From the NCBI GenBank assembly GCA_965200505.1, contig OZ241343.1:841302-905301 (forward strand): 64,000 nt of DNA, written 5' to 3'. Within the stretch, counting starts at the first letter, position 1. Each line of letters opens with the position of its first letter. A model generated the notes under the pieces. That model saw only the letters and a program-made list of their open reading frames with translations. It was not told where the DNA came from and made no database searches. Both the position numbers and the translations under genes were made by a program. The DNA is from Candidatus Azotimanducaceae bacterium. GTDB taxonomy: Bacteria; Pseudomonadota; Gammaproteobacteria; Pseudomonadales; Azotimanducaceae. Shown one piece after another: positions 54,689-63,358 of this stretch.

Positions 54689-55145
54689 CTACTTGCGCGG
54701 CGTGGCCTCGACCATCTGCCGCAGCGCTTCCGCCAGCAGGCGCAGTTGCTCGTCGATCTCCAGCCGATGGTCCTCGTAGATTCGCATGAATCGCACACCT
54801 CTGAGGTGTGAAGTCACAAAGTGCTGCAGGTTTTTCAGCCGCTCGGGCGTGAAGGCAAACTCCGGGAACAGCTTCACGACAGCCGCATCGAGTTCCTTCG
54901 CGGCAGCGACCCGCCAAGCCCGGATGCTCGCCATCAGTTCCGCATCGTGCCGGGCGGCCAGGATGATGTCCCAAACGGCGGGATACCGCGAGTTGTTGTC
55001 GCGAGTTGTTGTACCAAATCCAGATGCTGTCCACGGCGAATCTGCACCGATCCCGCAGGGGCGCCTTGGCCTGATCCATCGGGTTCAGGCCCTCCAAGGG
55101 GGCGAACAATTCCTCCGTGATGACGGCCAGCATGAGCCTCGGCAT
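54689..55145 (-). pseudogene. Hypothetical ~147-aa gene disrupted by a 13-bp tandem duplication
   Basis: Track ORFs 54630-55208 and 54689-54934 are two frames of one gene. Deleting one copy of CGCGAGTTGTTGT restores ...SIWIWYNNSRYPAVWDIILAARHDAELMASIRAWRVAAAKELD... as a continuous reading frame. Confidence 0.7.
54987..55012. repeat. Perfect 13-bp tandem duplication (CGCGAGTTGTTGT x2)
   Basis: Read directly: 54987-54999 and 55000-55012. Confidence 0.95.
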
Positions 55146-55162
55146 CAATCTGCTTCGACTCT

Positions 55163-55212
55163 TGGTAGACTTGAACCGTGCAACGTATGGTAGACTTGAA
55201 CCGTGCAACGTA
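55163..55212. repeat. Perfect 25-bp tandem duplication (TGGTAGACTTGAACCGTGCAACGTA x2)
   Basis: Read directly: 55163-55187 and 55188-55212. The second copy contains the GTG start (55203) of the DUF4189 gene. Each copy carries a TTGAAC -35-like hexamer. Confidence 0.95.
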
Positions 55213-55646
55213 CCGTCGCCACGTTAACCATCATCGCATCCATCGCGTTGCTTTTGGCGATGGTGGGCTGTGTCTCCCATAGCGATGGGGAAACGCGAGA
55301 AACGCTGGTTGAAGATGATGTTTTCGGCGCTTTTCTTTCCCACGGCGCTTTGGCCATAGATCAAAACCAAGGCGGAATGTGGGGTTGGGCGTACAAGTTC
55401 GATACCCAAGACGCCGCGGATAGCCGCGCCTTGGCAGAGTGCGGCAAACGGGGCGGGCAATGTAGCGTTGTCATGCGCTTCCACAACGCTTGCGCCGCGT
55501 ATTCGGCCGATCAAGCCGCGGGTTCAACTGCCAATGGTTGGGCATGGACAGAGAAAGACCGCGCCACCGCGGAAGTGATGGCGCGGAGTGAATGCGAAAA
55601 GCGCGGCGGTACAAACTGCGTCATAAAGGTTTGGGGTTGCACCTAA
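55203..55646 (+). CDS. DUF4189 domain lipoprotein
   Basis: Lipobox LLLAMVGC, then two DUF4189-like halves (GALAIDQNQGGMWGWAY...ALAECGKRGGQCSVV and NGWAWTEKDRATAEVMARSECEKRGGTNCVIKVWGC). Confidence 0.75.
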   Translation: MQRTVATLTIIASIALLLAMVGCVSHSDGETRETLVEDDVFGAFLSHGALAIDQNQGGMWGWAYKFDTQDAADSRALAECGKRGGQCSVVMRFHNACAAYSADQAAGSTANGWAWTEKDRATAEVMARSECEKRGGTNCVIKVWGCT

Positions 55647-55721
55647 CCCTCACCCTTGCGCGAGTGGCAAACACGATGTTGCGGCCCTAGCAAAGCCGCG
55701 ATGTTGCGCGGTTGGGCAGCG

Positions 55722-56900
55722 CTACGCGCCCTTTGCCCGCAACTCCTCCATGAGTTCAGCCAGCGGCAGGGTCTCCACGCCATTGGCTTGCGGGAACGCC
55801 CGGTTGTCGCCGTAAACGACGATGCGACGCTGCGCCTCAAGGTCGGCGCAGGCGGTGTGAAAGCCCTTCGATGGCGCCGTGCGGGAAGCCGAGCGCTTGA
55901 CCTCAATCGCCCAACGGCTGGCGGGATCGAACTCCAGCAGCAGGTCAACCTCGGCGCCGGCTTGGGTGCGGTAGAAGAACGGCTGCACCCAAGGCGGCGC
56001 GACGGCGAGCAGGTTTTCGATCACGAAGCCCTCCCAACTGCCACCCGCCACCGGATGCGCCAACACATCCTCCATCCGGCGCAGGCCAAGCAGGGCGTGG
56101 ACGATGCCGCTGTCCCGCAGGTAGAGGCGCGGCGAGCGAACCAAGCGCTTGCCCACGTTCCCAGACCAAGGCGGCAGACGACGCACCAGCAGGAGGTCAA
56201 CGAGCAGATCGACGTAGCGGTTCAGGGTGCGCACATGCACGGCGAGGGATGAGGCCAGTTGCGCGGTGTTGAGCTGCGCACCTTGGTTGTGCGCCAACAT
56301 CGTCCACAGGCGCCGCAAGGTCTCCGCGGGCATGCGGGAATCGAAAACGGGGATGTCCCGCTCCAAGTAGGTGCGAACGAAGTCGAGCCGCCAAACGAAG
56401 CTGGCCGCATCGCTGCCAGCCAGCCAAGCACTCGGGAATCCGCCGCGCAGCCACAGCTTGTCCACTTCATCCTGCCCGATTTCCCCGACGTCCAGCGGCC
56501 CAATCTCCCGGTAGGCGATTCGGCCGGCCAAGGACTCCGCGGTCTGCCGCAGCAAATCGGGCGATGAGGAACCCAGCAGCAGGAAGCATCCGACCCCGCG
56601 GCCGGCACGTCGATGCTCGTCAATCAGCCCGCGCAGCGTCTGGAACAGACCGGGCAGGCGCTGCACCTCGTCCAGGATGACGAGCTTGCCGGCGTAACCG
56701 GCGAGCAGGGCCCGCGGCTCGCTCAGCAGCGCGAGGTCTTCGGGATTCTCCAAGTCGAGATAGACGGCATCGCGTCCACGGGCGATGTGATGCGCCAAGG
56801 TGGTCTTCCCCACTTGCCGTGGCCCGAGGAGGCCCACCGCCGGCTGTTCCGCCAAGGCGAATTCGACGGCCGCATGCAACCTGCGAGGAACATTTACCAT
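55722..56900 (-). CDS. AAA+ ATPase with C-terminal DUF4143 domain
   Basis: 392 aa. Walker A GPRQVGKTT, Walker B LVILDEVQ, and a C-terminal DUF4143-like region (WEGFVIENL...AEVDLLLE). Confidence 0.85.
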   Translation of the reverse strand: MVNVPRRLHAAVEFALAEQPAVGLLGPRQVGKTTLAHHIARGRDAVYLDLENPEDLALLSEPRALLAGYAGKLVILDEVQRLPGLFQTLRGLIDEHRRAGRGVGCFLLLGSSSPDLLRQTAESLAGRIAYREIGPLDVGEIGQDEVDKLWLRGGFPSAWLAGSDAASFVWRLDFVRTYLERDIPVFDSRMPAETLRRLWTMLAHNQGAQLNTAQLASSLAVHVRTLNRYVDLLVDLLLVRRLPPWSGNVGKRLVRSPRLYLRDSGIVHALLGLRRMEDVLAHPVAGGSWEGFVIENLLAVAPPWVQPFFYRTQAGAEVDLLLEFDPASRWAIEVKRSASRTAPSKGFHTACADLEAQRRIVVYGDNRAFPQANGVETLPLAELMEELRAKGA

Positions 56901-56901
56901 A

Positions 56902-56931
56902 GTAAATCAGGCAGTATAGTGCCTGATTTAC
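56902..56931. promoter_or_regulatory. Perfect 12-bp inverted repeat with 6-nt spacer abutting the ATPase start codon
   Basis: GTAAATCAGGCA-GTATAG-TGCCTGATTTAC, AT-rich in GC-rich surroundings. It begins 1 nt upstream of ATG 56900 on the coding (minus) strand. Confidence 0.5.
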
Positions 56932-57058
56932 AAGGGTCAACCCTGCATCGCCAAGCCTATCAGTAGCCCCTCCCCGGTGACATCGTGCGGACCGACGAGA
57001 ACGGCTGGTTATACTCCGTTCGAGACAAGGCCATGCTGAAGGTCGGGCGGAGAAGCGG

Positions 57059-57967
57059 GTGCATCGATTCACGGCCGAGCAACTGCACACTTGGCAGAGC
57101 GAAGGTGGCGTGTTGCTGGAACGATTCTTCACGCCGGCAGAGATGGAACCCTGTCGAGTCGATATGGCGGCGCTCTACGGTGATCGCCAGGACGTTTCGG
57201 CACCCGCGCGAAACGAGAAGAAGGCGGGAGAGATCGGCGTCTTTTCGAAGGACCAGTTCCGACACTTCGACGACATGCCGTTCGACTGCTCTCCGGCCCT
57301 GAACCTGCTGGCGCTGCATCCGGCGCTCATTGAACTGGCCCGTGCCGCCCTCGGCACCCGTGACGTGCATCTCTATCAGAGCCATTCCTGGGCCAAGTTC
57401 ACGGGTGAGGCTGATTTCGATCAGACTTTTCATTGCGACTTCAAGAACCACACGCTGACGGTGCCGGCGGAGTCGCCGCGCCAGCGCACGATCAATTGCA
57501 TGATCTACATCACCGACGTCACCGACGCCCTCGGCGCCATTCACTATGTGCCGCTCTCCGCAAGCAACGCCGTGTGTGGCGGCGAGCGTGATCCGTTTGG
57601 CCCGAAGGAAGTGCAGGCAGCGCTCAAGGAGCGGGAGCGTTCCGGCGCCGGCCCCGCCGGGTCCATCTTCGCCTACGGCATTGACGTTTACCATCGAGGG
57701 ACGAATCTGACCGTGCCACAGGGTGTGCGCTACACCCTGACGGCCAGCTTCAAGGCGGCGGGGAACGACATGATTGGCTGGAGCGCTTGGCCGATCAACT
57801 TCCTGCGGCCTTGGCACATCTTCTTCGAGCACTGCACGCCCGATCAGTTGAGCTGCATCGGCGTGCCGCAACCCGGCGCCGATTTCTGGACGCCGGAGAC
57901 CATCCGCAGGACGGAGAAGCGCTGGCCGATGTGGAACCCGCAGCCTTACCTCAACGCGCTGGCTTAG
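57059..57967 (+). CDS. Phytanoyl-CoA dioxygenase (PhyH) family Fe(II)/2-oxoglutarate oxygenase
   Basis: 302 aa with an FHCDF (HxD) motif and IDVYHRGTNL distal His/Arg. Confidence 0.75.
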   Translation: MHRFTAEQLHTWQSEGGVLLERFFTPAEMEPCRVDMAALYGDRQDVSAPARNEKKAGEIGVFSKDQFRHFDDMPFDCSPALNLLALHPALIELARAALGTRDVHLYQSHSWAKFTGEADFDQTFHCDFKNHTLTVPAESPRQRTINCMIYITDVTDALGAIHYVPLSASNAVCGGERDPFGPKEVQAALKERERSGAGPAGSIFAYGIDVYHRGTNLTVPQGVRYTLTASFKAAGNDMIGWSAWPINFLRPWHIFFEHCTPDQLSCIGVPQPGADFWTPETIRRTEKRWPMWNPQPYLNALA

Positions 57968-57976
57968 GAGGATCAA

Positions 57977-58834
57977 ATGCCGCTCAATTCAACCATCGTC
58001 GGCGCCAGCACCAACGCCCTGACCCATGCGGTGGACGAACGCTGGCTCATGGCCTACGCGGCCGGCCTCAGCGACCAGAATCCGCTGTACATGGACACCA
58101 AGGCGCATACCGTTCTCGCGCATCCGTTGTTTCCCGTCTGCCTGGAATGGCCGGTTCAACTTGAGGCGCGGCAGATAGACGGCTTCGCATCCATGACCCG
58201 GGAGGAAGCCGCTCGCGCAGTTCATGCCTCCCACGACATGCAGCTTTACCGGCCGATTCGGGCCGGCGACGCCCTGGTGACGCAAGGCACATACGTCCGC
58301 GTGCAACGAATCCGCCCCGGTGCCGCCTCCACCATCCGATTGGATACACGGGACCAGGCAACGGGTGAGCTGATTGCCCGAACCCACCAAGTGGGCATCT
58401 ACCGCGGTGTGGCGGTGAAAGGCGAAGACCGCGCATCCGAAGATGTTCCGGTGCCACCCCCGACGCCGCACCTGAAGGATGCGCTGCGGGAAGACATCGA
58501 TATTCCGGCCGGCGCCGCACACATCTACACGGAGTGCGCGCGCATCTGGAATCCCATCCACACGGACCGCGCGGTGGCCCTCGCGGCAGGTCTGCCGGAC
58601 ATCATTCTGCACGGCACGGCGACCATGGCCCTTGCCGTGAGCCGCATCGTCAACCGTTACGCGGATGGCGATCCTTCGCGGGTGAAACGCCTCGGCGGCC
58701 GGCTCGCGGCGATGGTGCTTATGCCTTCCACCCTCCAACTTGAAACGGCCTGCGATGCCGGCGTGGTGGCCTACCAAGCGCGTAACGGCAGCGGTGAACT
58801 GGCGATTAGCGACGGCTTTGTCTGCCTCCAGTAA
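57977..58834 (+). CDS. Double hot-dog MaoC-like (R)-hydratase/dehydratase
   Basis: 285 aa. N-terminal hot-dog half plus a C-terminal half with the hydratase motif WNPIHTD...GLPDIILHG. Starts 9 nt after the PhyH stop. Confidence 0.75.
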   Translation: MPLNSTIVGASTNALTHAVDERWLMAYAAGLSDQNPLYMDTKAHTVLAHPLFPVCLEWPVQLEARQIDGFASMTREEAARAVHASHDMQLYRPIRAGDALVTQGTYVRVQRIRPGAASTIRLDTRDQATGELIARTHQVGIYRGVAVKGEDRASEDVPVPPPTPHLKDALREDIDIPAGAAHIYTECARIWNPIHTDRAVALAAGLPDIILHGTATMALAVSRIVNRYADGDPSRVKRLGGRLAAMVLMPSTLQLETACDAGVVAYQARNGSGELAISDGFVCLQ

Positions 58835-58888
58835 TCCAGTAGGCGCTGGCGGTTCTTGGCGCGGCTGATACGCTGACTTCTCGATAGC

Positions 58889-59689
58889 ATGGAGTTTGAA
58901 ACAATGGCCAGCGACACCTTCTACACCGACCACTGGAAGCACATCGAAGAAGAACGCATCGCCCGCTATGAGCAGATGTTCCAGTGGCGCGAGGGCAATG
59001 CCGCGCTGTTGGAGCCGGCCGCCTTGTCGGAAGGGCTCGCCGTGCTTGACTTCGGTTCCGGCCCCGGCTTCATGGCCCTCGCCATCGCAGACATCGTGGG
59101 CCCAAGCGGCCAAGTACATGGCGTGGACCTCAACGCCCGCTTCGTGGCCGACGCCACCCGTCGCGCCGCCGGCCGCCCCAACGTCGCCTTCCATCATGTG
59201 GAGGGCACCGCCATTCCCTTGCCGGACGCCGCGGTGGACCGGGCGATCTGCAAGAACGTCCTCGAATACGTGCCCGACTTGGATGCGACCTTGGACGAAA
59301 TCAAACGTGTGCTGGCACCCGGCGGCCGCATCCACATCATAGACAGCGATTGGGGTTTCGTCGTCGTGGAGCCGTGGGGCAAGGTAGCCGTGGAGCGCTT
59401 CTTCGACGCCGCCGCGCCGGCCTTCAAGGAGCCGCACATCGGCCGCAAAGCACCCGGCCTGCTGGCACGGCACGGCTTCCAAGACGTGCAGACGCACATT
59501 CACGCTTTCGCCGACCGGGACGGCCGGGCACTATCCGTGCTCCGCAACATGGTCAGCTACATCGAAGTGGGCGGTGGCATGCCCCAAGCGGAAGCCAACG
59601 CCCTGCTCAACGCCGCCGAGCAAGCCATCGCCACCGGCGAATACCTGTTCGTGCTGCCGCAGTTTCTAGTGACCGCGGAGAAGAGGTAG
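58889..59689 (+). CDS. Class I SAM-dependent methyltransferase
   Basis: Motif I VLDFGSGPGF, motif II VHGVDLN, and DRAICKNVLEYV. An alternative ATG lies at 58904. Confidence 0.85.
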   Translation: MEFETMASDTFYTDHWKHIEEERIARYEQMFQWREGNAALLEPAALSEGLAVLDFGSGPGFMALAIADIVGPSGQVHGVDLNARFVADATRRAAGRPNVAFHHVEGTAIPLPDAAVDRAICKNVLEYVPDLDATLDEIKRVLAPGGRIHIIDSDWGFVVVEPWGKVAVERFFDAAAPAFKEPHIGRKAPGLLARHGFQDVQTHIHAFADRDGRALSVLRNMVSYIEVGGGMPQAEANALLNAAEQAIATGEYLFVLPQFLVTAEKR

Positions 59690-59741
59690 AGCCAGAGGCA
59701 CGGCCGCATACACCCGCCACCGGCAGCGGGCGCAGGCAAGA

Positions 59742-60632
59742 CTACTCGATGGGCTGGAGTTTCGAGCGCAACGTTTCGAGGAACAACCGCTGCGGAATCG
59801 TCTGTGCAGCCAACAGCCTCTCCGAAGCCGCTTCCAGCGTTTGCACCTCCCAATGATGGCGGGTCAAGCGATGGCTGCCGCCATCTTCAGCCGCCATGCC
59901 CACGACCATCCAGATGATGTCGCCATCCCCTAAATCGTGCGAGACGAGGGCACTTGGGCCGCCAATCGAGTCGAAGAAGCTCTCATCCACCACCACTGCC
60001 ATCTTTGCCTGCCAGCGACGTAGCGTCGGCACCTTGACCTGAAGCTGAGGCATCAGGCGTTTCGCGCTTGAAGAACGCCAGTCTGGACGACGAACGGCGT
60101 TGGGAAACACGGCTTGGCCACAGCGGTCACGCAGCCCCTCGAATTCAGACCGCATGCCCTTGCCAGAGAAGTAGACGGCTTGGACTTCGAGACCAAACCA
60201 CCGCAACGCACCGTCAGCAGTGCCCGCGACCACCATATCTATCTTGCCGGCCGGCTTGCCAGTCGCGGTTCCCTTCATGAAGCCCACCTCGGTGGCCACC
60301 TGTACATCGTTTAGGCCGGCAATGTCGCCAAGCCATCGCGCCGGCAGACTGTGCTGGTCGAAGCGCCTTGGGCAGGTGATGACAGGAGGGCCCGCTGGTT
60401 CGCCAAGGGAGTCGTCCGGCCCTTGTTCGTAGAGGCGAATGGAACAGACCCCACCCGGCTTGGCACACGGACGTCGGTTCCGCTGAAACGGGCAAACCGG
60501 CAACGCGGCCTCCTCTCCTGCCAAGGCTATGCGGGCAAGAGACTCCCGCCGCGCTGCTTGCATGGCCGCGAAGGGCTCCCCGTACCATTCACAGATTCCA
60601 AAACGCGACACAAGCGTACCCACACAGGCCAA
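59742..60632 (-). CDS. NotI-like type II restriction endonuclease
   Basis: 296 aa. N-terminal Cys cluster CPF...C...GGVCSI...CP and GLEVQAVYFSG resemble the NotI Fe-Cys4 motif and the VLEIQTMDFHG catalytic-core strand (recalled from the NotI sequence). Divergent from a DNA methylase gene. Confidence 0.65.
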   Translation of the reverse strand: MACVGTLVSRFGICEWYGEPFAAMQAARRESLARIALAGEEAALPVCPFQRNRRPCAKPGGVCSIRLYEQGPDDSLGEPAGPPVITCPRRFDQHSLPARWLGDIAGLNDVQVATEVGFMKGTATGKPAGKIDMVVAGTADGALRWFGLEVQAVYFSGKGMRSEFEGLRDRCGQAVFPNAVRRPDWRSSSAKRLMPQLQVKVPTLRRWQAKMAVVVDESFFDSIGGPSALVSHDLGDGDIIWMVVGMAAEDGGSHRLTRHHWEVQTLEAASERLLAAQTIPQRLFLETLRSKLQPIE

Positions 60633-60849
60633 GGAGAGGCCCTGCCCTCAAGGGGCGATGGTCTCCGCGGCGCAACCGTCGGTCAACAGGTACGCACGGT
60701 TTGGTCGATGGGCGATAACGCGATGAACGCCGATAGTCCATAACCGGACGCTAGCGCGGGGCTACAATGGCGACCAGCGTATGCTGCTGTCGCCCAGAGC
60801 GACGGTCACCATTCACTAGCCAACGGGCACCAACAGCCGGAGCCTCAGC

Positions 60850-62904
60850 ATGGCCCGCCAGCGCATTACCGCCGAAGCCGCACAAGCCGCTGGCGACCAG
60901 CTCGAAGACCAAGCGCCTTGCGGCACCGGCCCGCCGGCAACGCCCAGCCACCGCATCGACAGGCAGTTCCCGGAGCGCTTCGTTGATGGACTGTCACGCC
61001 AAGAGGTGTACAACAAGCACCTGTTCCGGCCCAACACCTACCTCCACAAGTGGTGGGCGCGGCGTTGTGGCTCCACGTTCCGCACCATCCTCAAACAGTT
61101 TGCGCCTTGCGACGACCGCACGGGCTACTACACGCCAGGCGGGTTGGAAGGGTTGACCGTGCTTGACCCGATGATGGGCGGTGGCACGACGTTGCACGAG
61201 GCCATCCGGCTGGGCGCCAACGTGGTTGGCGCGGACATTGACCCCATCCCCGTGCTCCAAGCCCGAGCGTCGCTGTCGCGCACACCGCTGTCGGCGCTGC
61301 GCACTGCTTTCGACGGCTTTCTCGATGACCTCCAAGCGGACTTGCAGCCCCACTTCCAAACCCACTGCCCCATCTGCCAAGCCGAAACCGACATCCGCCA
61401 TTGCCTCCACGGTGTGCGCAAGCGGTGCGGGTGCGGGGAAGTGGTGCAAGTGGAGCAATACGACCTGCGGCAGGAAGACCGCACCACCATTCGGCTCGAT
61501 CCCGCCAGCGGCGAGATTTACGCGGGTGTGCGGCCACGCGAGCGTGTACCCGGCGCGCGGCACCTGATCCAGAAGCGCGACAAGCAGTGCCCCGTGTGCG
61601 GCGAGACTTACCAAGAACTGCGCCACCTGCCCTTTCCTGCCCGTCATGCGCTGGTCGCTATCGTGGGTGAATGTGCGCGGCACGGCCTATTCCACCGTGT
61701 GCCCAGCCAACATGACCTTGACGTGATCGCCGCCGCGGATCGAATGCGGGCCAAACTGGATTTCGGCGCCGCGGAAGACTTTCTCGTTCGCGCCGGGCCC
61801 AAGTCCGCGGACTTGATCCGGCACAACATCAAGTCGTATCTGGACGTCTTCTCATCACGGCAACTCCTCTATCTGCACAGCGCGATCACTCATTTGCGCC
61901 GCCACCCGGAACCCGAACGCCTGAACTTGGCGATGCTGGTTTCCACCTCGCTGGAGTTCAACTCCATGCTCTGCGGCTACAAGGGCTGGCACAAGCGCCG
62001 TCCGGGCGCCATCCGCCACACGTTCGCGCTGCATGCGTATTCGTTTCAATACACCGTGTTGGAGAACAACCCGGTCAACCCAATCAAATCGTCTGGAAAC
62101 CTGCGACAACTCTTCCACGACCGCATTGAACGTGGGCGACGCTGGGCCGCGGCGCCCGTGGAACGCCGGCGCGGCCCGGATGGCGGCAGCGAATGGGTTC
62201 CAATCCTCGGCGAGACGGATGCCGGCGACGAGGTGTGTTCGCAATCCGACCTACCGCGCCAAGGCGGCGGATTCTGGGTGATGCAAAAGGACGCCCGAGC
62301 GCTGCCGCTGGCCGACGATTCCGTGGACATCGTAGTGACCGATCCGCCCTACTACGACAGTGTGCAGTACGCAGACTTGGCAACTTTCTTCCGTGTTTGG
62401 TTGTCCCGTTTGGTTCCGGATGCGGCGACATGGCGTTACGACCACAACCACGTCGCCGTGGCGGCCGGCACACCACACCATACGGACAACTTCATGTCTG
62501 TGTTGGAGGGCATCTTCGCCGATTGTCACCGCGTGTTGAAGCGCGGCACGGGCCGCTTGGTGTTCACATTCCATCATTGGGACGACAAGGCTTGGGCTTC
62601 CCTCACCATCGCGCTCAAGAACGCCGGATTCCGGCTGATGAACGCATATGTCGTTTCCTCGGAACACCCGATTTCCGTCCACATACGCGGCCTCAAGTCC
62701 ATCCGGCACGACTGCATCTTGGTCTTGGCGAGCTGCGACGAGCGTGCCGGGCGCGTTTGGGCCGAGCCCCAAGCCATCGACGCCAGCGACAGCGAAGCCT
62801 TCTGCAGAGGCTGCGGTGAAACGCTGGGCTGGCTGCTGGATCGACGGCCGGCAACGCGCGAAGTGGGCACCCAATGGAAACGCCTGTTGGGGAACAGGGT
62901 TTGA
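60850..62904 (+). CDS. DNA methyltransferase with internal Zn-ribbons (COG1743/DUF1156-like; N6-adenine or N4-cytosine class)
   Basis: 684 aa: HKWWARR, AdoMet motif LDPMMGGGTTLHEA, Cys pairs CPICQ...CGCG and CPVCGE, catalytic VVTDPPYYDSVQY (DPPY). Confidence 0.85.
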   Translation: MARQRITAEAAQAAGDQLEDQAPCGTGPPATPSHRIDRQFPERFVDGLSRQEVYNKHLFRPNTYLHKWWARRCGSTFRTILKQFAPCDDRTGYYTPGGLEGLTVLDPMMGGGTTLHEAIRLGANVVGADIDPIPVLQARASLSRTPLSALRTAFDGFLDDLQADLQPHFQTHCPICQAETDIRHCLHGVRKRCGCGEVVQVEQYDLRQEDRTTIRLDPASGEIYAGVRPRERVPGARHLIQKRDKQCPVCGETYQELRHLPFPARHALVAIVGECARHGLFHRVPSQHDLDVIAAADRMRAKLDFGAAEDFLVRAGPKSADLIRHNIKSYLDVFSSRQLLYLHSAITHLRRHPEPERLNLAMLVSTSLEFNSMLCGYKGWHKRRPGAIRHTFALHAYSFQYTVLENNPVNPIKSSGNLRQLFHDRIERGRRWAAAPVERRRGPDGGSEWVPILGETDAGDEVCSQSDLPRQGGGFWVMQKDARALPLADDSVDIVVTDPPYYDSVQYADLATFFRVWLSRLVPDAATWRYDHNHVAVAAGTPHHTDNFMSVLEGIFADCHRVLKRGTGRLVFTFHHWDDKAWASLTIALKNAGFRLMNAYVVSSEHPISVHIRGLKSIRHDCILVLASCDERAGRVWAEPQAIDASDSEAFCRGCGETLGWLLDRRPATREVGTQWKRLLGNRV

Positions 62905-63001
62905 CCTCGGAGGTGTAGAGGGGGATTGGCGACCGCGGCCAACAGACGCTTGCGGGTTGGCGCCGGCTGGTTCAGTCTTACACTCCTGCCAAGGAGATCC
63001 G

Positions 63002-63358
63002 ATGCGCTCGCTCGTGCCCACCCGCCAACCGCTGCCCGATGGCGACGCTGCGAAAACCGACGGTGAGCGGCTTGAACTGCAGGGTCCCCGCGGTGCGGCG
63101 ATGGCCCGGAAGTACGTTTGGTGGCAGACACCGGAGCAGACATTGGAAGACCCATGCCTGCTGGCGGCTCAGATCATGACTCTTGGTACCTTGGACGATG
63201 TGCAGTGGCTGCGTCGGCACACTTCCCGCGATGCATTGCGGCGCGTCCTTAGGAATCCGCCGGTGGGCGTCTTCAACGAGCGTTCGTGGCGCTTCTGGCA
63301 TCTGCAATTGGGCATGGCGCGGTGCCCGCCGTTGCCGGCCAGACCCCTGCCGGTGTGA
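63002..63358 (+). CDS. Small conserved-looking protein upstream of the second AbiEii-like gene (putative antitoxin)
   Basis: Taken from track ORF 62648-63358, starting at ATG 63002 after an AAGGAG SD. 118 aa: ...YVWWQTPEQTLEDPCLLAAQIMTLGTLDDVQWL...FNERSWRFWHLQLG. The stop overlaps the next start (GTGA). Confidence 0.6.
   Translation: MRSLVPTRQPLPDGDAAKTDGERLELQGPRGAAMARKYVWWQTPEQTLEDPCLLAAQIMTLGTLDDVQWLRRHTSRDALRRVLRNPPVGVFNERSWRFWHLQLGMARCPPLPARPLPV

Noticed and set aside
55133..55300. Idea that the disrupted gene at 54689-55145 is the C-terminal part of a TetR regulator whose HTH was lost through the 25-bp duplication
   Set aside because: I removed one duplication copy and translated upstream in frame. 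This hits a stop within a few codons and gives no HTH-like sequence, so the family remains unknown.
56960..59503. Minus-strand ORFs 56960-57976 (338 aa) and 57989-59503 (504 aa)
   Set aside because: They are antisense to the PhyH, MaoC and methyltransferase genes, each supported by family motifs and operon spacing.
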